Shown here: in pieces, positions 7,444 through 14,671 of the stretch | Layout of the letters: each line of letters starts with the position of its first letter | How positions within the stretch are numbered: position 1 is the first letter of the stretch | Assembly: GCF_051097895.1 (NCBI RefSeq) | Contig: NZ_CP142525.1 | Coordinates: 330,001-362,000 of the forward strand | Origin: Psychrobacter sp. HD31 | GTDB lineage: Bacteria > Pseudomonadota > Gammaproteobacteria > Pseudomonadales > Moraxellaceae | DNA: 32,000 nucleotides | Reading direction: 5' to 3' | Position numbers and translations under genes: made by a program | The notes under the pieces: generated by a model | What the model was told of the DNA's origin: nothing | What the model saw: only the letters and a program-made list of their open reading frames with translations | Databases searched by the model: none

Positions 7444-9180
7444 ATGAGCAATATAGCAAAAACGACAAACTCATCTAAAAAACGTATCGCCATCATTGGT
7501 TCGGGCATATCAGGGTTAACTTGTGCGCATTATTTGGTAAAAGACCATGATGTCACCATCTTTGAAGCCAATGAGTATTTGGGTGGACATGTGAATACCA
7601 TAGATGTGGAGATTGCTGATACCGTTGGACGGTTTAAAAAGAGCACACACATAGAAACCTCTGCGATTGATACAGGGTTTATTGTGTTTAACGAACGCAC
7701 TTATCCCAATTTTTTTCGCTTGCTTGATGAACTGAATGTCGCATTTCAAAAAACGGACATGAGCTTTTCGGTTAAGAATCCTACTATTAACTTTGAGTAC
7801 AATGGTCATACATTAAACAGTCTGGTATCACAGCGTAAAAATATCTTGAGTCCGTCTTTTTGGCGATTTGCAACAGATATTCTGAGTTTCAATAAGCATA
7901 TCAAACAGCTTAGGCAATCTTATCAACAGCTTGAGCAAACTATACAAGAATTAACCACACAAGTTGCCAACACTAACAGCAAGCGTAAAGTTAAAAATTT
8001 AACCAAGCAACTGACTGCTAAACAAGCAAAGCTAGATGGTTTGTCATCTCAAACACTTGGCGATTATCTAGCCACACAAAAATATGGCAAGTTGTTTGAA
8101 GATAATTATTTGTTGCCAATGGTATCAGCGATTTGGTCGATGGGTCTTGAGGATAGCAAATCTTTTCCACTGATATTTTTTGCTCAGTTTTTTGATAATC
8201 ATGGATTGCTAGATGTGGTTAATCGTCCGCAATGGTTTACGATTCAAGGTGGCTCTAAACAGTATGTCAATAAATTGGTAAAACGCTATGCCAAGATGGG
8301 AGGCAAGGCATTGGTCAATTCACCTGTGCAGTCGGTACAGCGTATGACAGACGGAGTTAGCATTGCTTATCAAGTGAATCAAAACATGGATATTGGCAAG
8401 AACATCAACACGGACTCGGTAGGAAAAGCAACCAAAACTGCTAAGTTTGATGAAGTGATATTTGCCTGTCATGCTGATGTGGCAAAGCGTCTATTAACTG
8501 ATATTAGTGAGCAGGAACAACAGGTATTAGAGGCGTTTAACTTTACGGATAACCAAGCCATTTTGCATACAGATACCAGTGTACTACCAAATAAACCACT
8601 GGCATGGGCGAGCTGGAACTATTTGTTAAACGACTCTTCGAGCAAAGCTAAGATAACTGACGATACAAAAGTAATTGAAGAAACGCATTGTGGTAACTTT
8701 AAACCAGTGCTGACTTATCACATGAATATTTTACAACGACTGGTTAAAAAGCATAACTATTTGGTGACATTAAACGAGCCTGTCAATGAATTACAAGTGA
8801 TTAAACATATTGATTATCGTCATCCTGTATATGATGTCAATATGACCATGGCTCAAAAACGTTGGGAGTATATCTCAGGCGATGCTTCTGTTAATCAGAG
8901 TACGCACTTTGCGGGTGCTTATTGGTTTAACGGTTTTCATGAAGATGGTGTTCGTAGTGCATTACGTGTGTGTGCAAGTCTAGGTGTGAATGTTGATATT
9001 TTGGATAAGGTAGACCCAAGCCATCTAAACAATACGATTGAACCACATCCAATATTCACTTATAAAAATATACCTAGTAAAGCGCATAAAAATAAGGGTG
9101 GCAAAAACCGTGCTAAACTAAATAAACGTCAAGTGCAATCAGCAACGACGAATACCCAGCTAAACCAACTGTTTAGTTAA
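7444..9180 (+). CDS. NAD(P)/FAD-dependent oxidoreductase, amine-oxidase-like (COG2907-type; the family I recall for the UfaD desaturase)
   Basis: The dinucleotide fold is 'RIAIIGSGISGLTCAHYL ... FEANEYLGGH'. Gene order SDR-flavoprotein-DUF1365-CFA-like is typical. The ATG at 7444 is preferred; a TTG at 7432 abuts the SDR stop. It carries a coiled-coil-like insertion and a basic C-terminal tail. Confidence 0.85.
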   Translation: MSNIAKTTNSSKKRIAIIGSGISGLTCAHYLVKDHDVTIFEANEYLGGHVNTIDVEIADTVGRFKKSTHIETSAIDTGFIVFNERTYPNFFRLLDELNVAFQKTDMSFSVKNPTINFEYNGHTLNSLVSQRKNILSPSFWRFATDILSFNKHIKQLRQSYQQLEQTIQELTTQVANTNSKRKVKNLTKQLTAKQAKLDGLSSQTLGDYLATQKYGKLFEDNYLLPMVSAIWSMGLEDSKSFPLIFFAQFFDNHGLLDVVNRPQWFTIQGGSKQYVNKLVKRYAKMGGKALVNSPVQSVQRMTDGVSIAYQVNQNMDIGKNINTDSVGKATKTAKFDEVIFACHADVAKRLLTDISEQEQQVLEAFNFTDNQAILHTDTSVLPNKPLAWASWNYLLNDSSSKAKITDDTKVIEETHCGNFKPVLTYHMNILQRLVKKHNYLVTLNEPVNELQVIKHIDYRHPVYDVNMTMAQKRWEYISGDASVNQSTHFAGAYWFNGFHEDGVRSALRVCASLGVNVDILDKVDPSHLNNTIEPHPIFTYKNIPSKAHKNKGGKNRAKLNKRQVQSATTNTQLNQLFS

Positions 9181-9288
9181 GAACAGTAGCTAAAGAATAA
9201 CAGTATTTAAAGCACTGCTGGCTCACGCATAACGAGAAAAACTAACGGTTTAGTATTTTTGTCAATTTACAATTTTTAAGGATATAAC

Positions 9289-9771
9289 ATGACAGATACC
9301 ATTTATCAATTTAATGCAGACACCTTAACAGGTCAAAACAAAGATTTTAGCGAGTATGCAGGCAAGGTGTTGCTTATTGTTAATACTGCCAGCAAATGTG
9401 GCTTAACGCCTCAATACGAGGGTTTAGAGCAATTACATAAAGACTATCACGACAAAGGACTGGAAGTCATTGGCTTTCCGTGCAATCAATTTGGTCACCA
9501 AGAACCAGGTGATGCAGGTGAAATCACAGAATTTTGCCAACTTAACTATGGTGTCAGCTTTCAGATGATGGATAAAATTGATGTTAATGGTGACAATGCC
9601 CACCCAATTTACAAATGGTTAAAATCCCAAAAAGGTGGATTAATAACCGACGCCATTAAGTGGAACTTTGGTAAATTTTTGGTTGGAAAAGATGGCAAAG
9701 TAGTCAAACGCTATGCACCTACTACCAAGCCAGAAGCCATTGCCAGTGACATTAAAAAGCTGCTTGGCTAA
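9289..9771 (+). CDS. gpx: Glutathione peroxidase (Cys-type)
   Basis: Motifs are 'LIVNTASKCGLTPQY' (peroxidatic Cys), 'GFPCNQFGHQEPG' and 'WNFGKFLV'. SD AAGGA lies 7 nt upstream. Confidence 0.93.
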   Translation: MTDTIYQFNADTLTGQNKDFSEYAGKVLLIVNTASKCGLTPQYEGLEQLHKDYHDKGLEVIGFPCNQFGHQEPGDAGEITEFCQLNYGVSFQMMDKIDVNGDNAHPIYKWLKSQKGGLITDAIKWNFGKFLVGKDGKVVKRYAPTTKPEAIASDIKKLLG

Positions 9772-9798
9772 GTTTTTATCTTAAAAGTATTGAAAACA

Positions 9799-10749
9799 AT
9801 GAAGCCTTTTATCCCCCACCAAATCTTAACAGGTACAACATGGCACGCTCGTCATATGCCTGCTAAGCATAGCTTTAGCTATCCGTATCGCTATTGGGGG
9901 CTAAGTTTAAAACGGTTGGCAAATGGCGATTTTCCACCAGATAGTCATGGTGACAAACTTAAAATAGTTGGTAAGTTGTTTTCTACTCATAAGCGAGCTT
10001 TACATAACTTTGATTTTGCCGATTACTTTGATATCAATAAGCTTGATGAGAGTAATGTAGATAATGCTAAGTATCTAAAGCAGTCCTTAGAATTTTCAGA
10101 CACTCTGCACAAGTGGGATAACAAACAAGGAATAAATCAAGAAGCTAACCAAGAAAAAGCGAAACACTGGTTAGATACGGTGAATCAAGAGTTTATTCGA
10201 CTAACAGGTAGCCAGCCAACAGGGGATATCTTGGCATTGGTGGTCAGTCGAAATTTGGGAGTTTATTTTAGCCCTGTCAATTTTTATATTGGGTTTGATA
10301 AAGCGGGTAATGCCAGTCACCTATTGGCAGAGGTATCAAATACGCCGTGGAATAAACGTCATTTTTATGGTTTTTTGTTAACAGGTAATGATAGTGAATT
10401 TAGTCATAACAAAGACTTTCATGTATCACCATTTAACCCGTTAGACCAAACTTACACATGGAAAGTAAAAGTTTCTGCCCCTAAAGAGAGCTATTTAAAA
10501 AATATCAAACTTAGCATTCATGTTTCGGATGAGCGAGGCAAGGTATTTGAAGCGGGCATTAATATGAAGTCCATGCCGATGACCTCACAAAACTTACGAC
10601 ATACCATTAAACAAAACCCAGTGATGAACTATAGCTCAATGGTTCGGATATATTGGCATGCGTTTCGACTGTATGTAATGAAAAAAGTGCCCTATGTTGG
10701 ATATAACCAAAAGCTAAAAGAGAGCGGGCAAGCAACTTTTAAAAAATAG
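9799..10749 (+). CDS. DUF1365 family protein (the family I recall for UfaO)
   Basis: The N-terminus 'GTTWHARHMPAKHSFSYPYRYWGLSL' fits the DUF1365 pattern H.R..P..H.F.Y. Its position between the flavoprotein and the CFA-synthase-like gene also fits. Start is ATG 9799 or TTG 9790. Confidence 0.82.
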   Translation: MKPFIPHQILTGTTWHARHMPAKHSFSYPYRYWGLSLKRLANGDFPPDSHGDKLKIVGKLFSTHKRALHNFDFADYFDINKLDESNVDNAKYLKQSLEFSDTLHKWDNKQGINQEANQEKAKHWLDTVNQEFIRLTGSQPTGDILALVVSRNLGVYFSPVNFYIGFDKAGNASHLLAEVSNTPWNKRHFYGFLLTGNDSEFSHNKDFHVSPFNPLDQTYTWKVKVSAPKESYLKNIKLSIHVSDERGKVFEAGINMKSMPMTSQNLRHTIKQNPVMNYSSMVRIYWHAFRLYVMKKVPYVGYNQKLKESGQATFKK

Positions 10750-10813
10750 ACAGTAATGAATAGCCAATAGTGCATAGCAAACCGTACATTTAAGAGAAAT
10801 AAGGAGAGGTACA

Positions 10814-12184
10814 ATGTTCAGAAAAAATACCGAACTCGATATTAGCGCATCGACTGCCAGCCAATTACCGACTGACCGCCATACCTCTACTGCTCAATCG
10901 CTGATTGGTGGCAAGCTTTCTAGTGTTCTAAGCCCTGTCAAAAAAGGGGTTGACCTTACCAGCAAACGCCTTGTGTTTAAGGGATTGTCATATTTGCAAT
11001 TTGGCAGTATCACGCTGATAGAAAATTATGGTAAGAAACCTAAAACTCATCTTTTTGGGGAGGGTAATTTAAATGATAGCCAAAGTAAAAAAAATGGAGA
11101 AATTGCTGGTTCACACCCTTTGCATGTGACCTTAACCGTGCATAATCCAAATTTTTATCGACAGTTGATAACAGGTGGGGATATTGCTTTAGCCGATAGT
11201 TATATTGATGGTGAGTGGGAAGCCGATGACCTAACAGCATTAATCCGACTGGCTGCTCGCAATATCAACGTCATGAAGCAACTGCAAAGTAAGTTATCTT
11301 TGCTAACTAAATCCGTTGAATTTAAAAAACATAAAGCCCGTTCAAACACGGTAAGCAAAGCGAAGTCGAATATTCTTGCTCATTATGACCTTGGCAATGA
11401 CATGTATCAAACATTTTTGGATAAGACCATGATGTATTCATCAGCGATTTATCCAACACCAAATACACCATTGCCCGAAGCGCAACAGACTAAGCTAAAA
11501 ACCTTATGTGATATGTTAGAACTCACGCCTGACGACCATTTACTAGAAATTGGGACAGGTTGGGGTGGTTTGGCGATTTTTGCAGTGCAAAACTATGGTT
11601 GTCAAGTGACCACAACCACCATATCTGATGCTCAGTATGATGAGGCAAAACAGCGAGTAGAGCAGGCGGGACTCACGGATAAAATCACCTTGTTAAAAGA
11701 AGACTACCGTAAGCTAACAGGTCAATATGACAAGCTTATTAGTATTGAGATGGTTGAAGCAGTTGGACATGAATATTTACCAACGTTTTTTGCCAAATGC
11801 AATGCGCTGCTAAAACCAAAAGGAATCATGGCGATGCAGGCAATTACCTTTAACGACCAAGGGTATGAAGACTACCTAAACTCGGTGGACTTTATCCAAT
11901 CGCATATTTTCCCTGGTGGTTGTCTGCTATCTAATCAAGAAATCATCAATCAGTTTACTGAGCAAACCGACATGGTGGTAAAGTCGTTGATTGATTATGG
12001 CTATGACTATGCATACACCTTACGGGACTGGCGGCATGCTTTTATGAATCGTTTGGATGATATCCGAGCGATGGGCTATGACGATAAGTTTATCCGCTTA
12101 TGGCAATTTTATTTTGCGTATTCTGAAGGTGGGTTTTTGGAACGAACCATTGGGGTTGTGCAGGTAAAGGCGATTAAAGAATAG
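10814..12184 (+). CDS. Cyclopropane-fatty-acyl-phospholipid synthase family SAM-dependent methyltransferase
   Basis: The SAM motif is 'LLEIGTGWGGLA'. Also present are 'ISIEMVEAVGHEY', 'IFPGG' and 'FYFAYSEGGF'. A strong SD AAGGAGAGG lies upstream. Confidence 0.9.
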   Translation: MFRKNTELDISASTASQLPTDRHTSTAQSLIGGKLSSVLSPVKKGVDLTSKRLVFKGLSYLQFGSITLIENYGKKPKTHLFGEGNLNDSQSKKNGEIAGSHPLHVTLTVHNPNFYRQLITGGDIALADSYIDGEWEADDLTALIRLAARNINVMKQLQSKLSLLTKSVEFKKHKARSNTVSKAKSNILAHYDLGNDMYQTFLDKTMMYSSAIYPTPNTPLPEAQQTKLKTLCDMLELTPDDHLLEIGTGWGGLAIFAVQNYGCQVTTTTISDAQYDEAKQRVEQAGLTDKITLLKEDYRKLTGQYDKLISIEMVEAVGHEYLPTFFAKCNALLKPKGIMAMQAITFNDQGYEDYLNSVDFIQSHIFPGGCLLSNQEIINQFTEQTDMVVKSLIDYGYDYAYTLRDWRHAFMNRLDDIRAMGYDDKFIRLWQFYFAYSEGGFLERTIGVVQVKAIKE

Positions 12185-12228
12185 ATAGTTTGTGTTAGTA
12201 AATATAATTATATGAAAGCGAGAATAAT

Positions 12229-12645
12229 ATGAATCTAGCATATATATGGGTGTACCTGACTGCGGCGACAGTTTTTGTTGTAGTTGATGGTATTTGGCTA
12301 AAAACCATGACCCAGGCGTTTTATCATCCACGCATTGGGCATCTACTCACAGATACGCCAAATATGCTGGCAGCAGCCATGTTTTATCTGTTTTATATCT
12401 TTGCTTTGTGCGTACTGATTATCTATCCACAAGTTAAAGCTCAAGCCCCGCTATGGCAACTGTTTGCTTTAGGGGGATTGATTGGGCTAATGGCATATGG
12501 CACTTATGACTTTACCGCATTGGCACTGTTAAAAGACTATAGCACCTCAGCAGCTTTGGTTGACTTTGTTTGGGGTGGGTTTGTTACAGGGACGGTAGCC
12601 GTAGCTGCCGGCTGGTTAAGTTACCAGTTTGGATGGTTGCAGTAG
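12229..12645 (+). CDS. DUF2177 family membrane protein
   Basis: It is a 138-aa protein with 4 hydrophobic segments. The N-terminus 'VVVDGIWLKTM' resembles DUF2177. It sits in the usual last position of this operon type. Confidence 0.78.
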   Translation: MNLAYIWVYLTAATVFVVVDGIWLKTMTQAFYHPRIGHLLTDTPNMLAAAMFYLFYIFALCVLIIYPQVKAQAPLWQLFALGGLIGLMAYGTYDFTALALLKDYSTSAALVDFVWGGFVTGTVAVAAGWLSYQFGWLQ

Positions 12646-12684
12646 ATAAGACTCACGATAATATAAAGAAAGTTAACTAAAATA

Positions 12685-12720
12685 ATAAGAAACGATATGA
12701 TCGTTTCTTATTTATTATTT
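12685..12720 (+). terminator. Rho-independent terminator candidate after the lipid-modification operon
   Basis: A perfect stem AATAAGAAACGAT / ATCGTTTCTTATT surrounds a 3-nt loop (ATG). A U-rich but A-interrupted tail TTATTATTTATT follows. Confidence 0.6.
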
Positions 12721-12803
12721 ATTGGCTAAAGTACAAAAATAATCAACTTAAATAGGATTGGATCCTAAAGAACTTTAAAGTCTAAGTTATATAAATTTTG
12801 CAC

Positions 12804-12832
12804 TTGAATATAGTTAGCATACGAACTATACT
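12804..12832 (+). promoter_or_regulatory. Sigma70-like promoter TTGAAT-N17-TATACT with an embedded inverted repeat TATAGTT-N8-AACTATA (12809-12830)
   Basis: The hexamers are at 12804-12809 and 12827-12832. The inverted repeat spans the spacer and overlaps the -10, which is the geometry of a repressor operator. It lies about 48 nt upstream of the hotdog gene ATG. Confidence 0.5.
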
Positions 12833-12879
12833 TGTTTTGTAATCTTTTACGATATTGTTAATTATTAAGGAGCGAGTTA

Positions 12880-13323
12880 ATGAATCAAAATTTAAAGTTA
12901 TTTCAATCAATGGGCGCAGATGCTTTTTCACAAGCTGTTGTTAATATTGCACCTTATTTTTCTAGTATAGATCCGCAAGTAGTGGATTTAAGAAAAGGAT
13001 ACTGTGAAGTTTTTTTAAAAAAACAACAAAAAGTTTTAAACCATTTGGGTACTGTACATGCGATTGCAATGTGTAATGCTGCTGAGCTGGTTGGTGGAAT
13101 GGCAACAGATGTTTCTATTCCTGAAGGTGCACGCTGGATTCCTCAAGGGATGACAGTTAAATATCTAGCAAAAGCAAAAACAGACTTAACTGTGGTGTGT
13201 GATGCAAATGATATTGACTTTTCACAAGAAGGCGAGATTGTTGTGCATATTGATGCAACTGATGAAGAAGGTACAGTTTGCTTTACTGCTGATATTAATA
13301 TGAATGTTAAACATGAATCATAA
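12880..13323 (+). CDS. Hotdog-fold thioesterase-like protein (DUF4442 / PaaI-YiiD_C-like)
   Basis: The 147-aa ORF has 'NHLGTVHAIAMCNAAELVGG' and 'GMTVKYLAKAKTDL', typical of DUF4442 hotdog proteins. SD AAGGAG lies upstream. Confidence 0.78.
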   Translation: MNQNLKLFQSMGADAFSQAVVNIAPYFSSIDPQVVDLRKGYCEVFLKKQQKVLNHLGTVHAIAMCNAAELVGGMATDVSIPEGARWIPQGMTVKYLAKAKTDLTVVCDANDIDFSQEGEIVVHIDATDEEGTVCFTADINMNVKHES

Positions 13324-13347
13324 TAATCATTGAAATTTTTAGACTTT

Positions 13348-13384
13348 AAAAAACAAAGATTTAACATGGGTCTTTGTTTTTTTT
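13348..13384 (+). terminator. Rho-independent terminator after the hotdog gene
   Basis: A stem of 10 bp or more, AAAACAAAGA / TCTTTGTTTT, has an 11-nt loop and a T-run extending to 13384. Confidence 0.8.
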
Positions 13385-13482
13385 ACAAGTTGAGCTTATC
13401 GATATGCATGGGTAATATAAATTATTGACAAAACCAAATAATAAAAATTAAACTAAATGCTTTACACAAATTAAGTTTAGTC

Positions 13483-13953
13483 ATGCAAACAGAAGAACTC
13501 AATCCCCTTAACCTTACTAGCAAAAAAAGTAGACATCAAGATAAACGTCTTTTCTTTTTATTCAATATGGCACGCCATCATTTATTTGGCTATGTAGATG
13601 CCGAATGTGATGCACAATTGGGTATTTCGGTTACACAGGCTGGTGCTTTACTCTATATTGCAAAAAAAGAAGGGTGTTATCAAAAAGATTTGGGTGATGC
13701 TTTGGGCTTAAAAAAATCAACAGTCACCGGGTTAGTGTCTCGAATGGAAAAAAATGGCTTGGTTAAACGTAAAGCGTGTAAACAAGATGGTAGGGCATCA
13801 ACATTATTTTTAAGTCAACTTGGTAATGAAATAATCCCACGAATCATACTTTTTATTAAATCTATTAATGATGAGTTTTTATCAGATTTTAGCGATGAAG
13901 AAATGGATGTGATTTTTAAATTTTTAAATAGAATAATAAAAAAATACTCATAA
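13483..13953 (+). CDS. MarR family transcriptional regulator
   Basis: The winged-HTH is 'QKDLGDALGLKKSTVTGLVSRMEKNGLVKRK...DGRAS'. Confidence 0.88.
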   Translation: MQTEELNPLNLTSKKSRHQDKRLFFLFNMARHHLFGYVDAECDAQLGISVTQAGALLYIAKKEGCYQKDLGDALGLKKSTVTGLVSRMEKNGLVKRKACKQDGRASTLFLSQLGNEIIPRIILFIKSINDEFLSDFSDEEMDVIFKFLNRIIKKYS

Positions 13954-14244
13954 TCCGCTATGTGAAAACAAGCTTTTGATTGTGCTAAAAACAAAAAGAG
14001 TTAAATGTAATTTTTGTTATATTTTTAGATAAGTGAGAGTGTCTTGTCTTATCCTGTTTTTAATACATTTTATAAATAAAGCCAGCTTTAAAGTTTGGAG
14101 AAAACGAGTGACGGGTAGACTTGCTAAACATCGACAGCTAGACACTTCAAGAAACCACAGTATCAATCATACCAATAAAGTTCGAAAGATGAAGAACAAA
14201 CCAATACGAAGTACAGCACACAAACGCTTGAGTTACAGCTAAAG

Positions 14245-14484
14245 CTAGTGAAAGCTTAAAATCACTTCCACATCTCTGACGGTTAGTTTTCTAAACAATG
14301 CCTGTTCTTCAACAGGCATTCTGTTTTTATGCTCCTTAATCATCAAATGAACCTCTCGTGCAACCTCAGCAGTTGATGAATAATACAAGTCGGGATTCAG
14401 TTCCATAACCTTGTATAGATAGTCATGGATGATTCGGCGTTTTTTGTCTGCTTCTAGCTCATGATTGTCTTGTTTTGGACTCAT
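14245..14484 (-). CDS. Hypothetical small protein (79 aa)
   Basis: The internal ATG at 14484 is preceded by AGGAA 6 nt upstream, whereas the track start at 14541 lacks an SD. I recognise no family. It is divergent from the COG3046 photolyase-like gene. Confidence 0.5.
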   Translation of the reverse strand: MSPKQDNHELEADKKRRIIHDYLYKVMELNPDLYYSSTAEVAREVHLMIKEHKNRMPVEEQALFRKLTVRDVEVILSFH

Positions 14485-14671
14485 TATTGTTCCTAAATGT
14501 TGATGGTTATATAGTTCTTTGATTAAGGCTACCCAAACCAATTATAAAATGTTACTATCTAGTATAATAATTAACTAATAAGTATTCAATTGCTTGTTGT
14601 ATTAAAACTTAAAGAATATAAAGTGAATAATAACAAGGTTATCATTAGATAAGTCGAATAAGGACCCCCAT

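Noticed and set aside
12821-12850. Reading the GAACT core of the recurrent motif as an E. coli RpoE-type -35 (GGAACTT-N16-TCAAA)
   Set aside because: I found no consistent TCnnA element at the right spacing downstream of the copies. At 12821 the spacing is off, and at 4970 there is no candidate at all.
14033-14242. 69-aa GTG-initiated ORF in the MarR / small-ORF convergent gap
   Set aside because: It starts with a non-ATG codon, has no SD, and gives a highly basic low-complexity translation with no recognisable motif. I treat it as non-coding.
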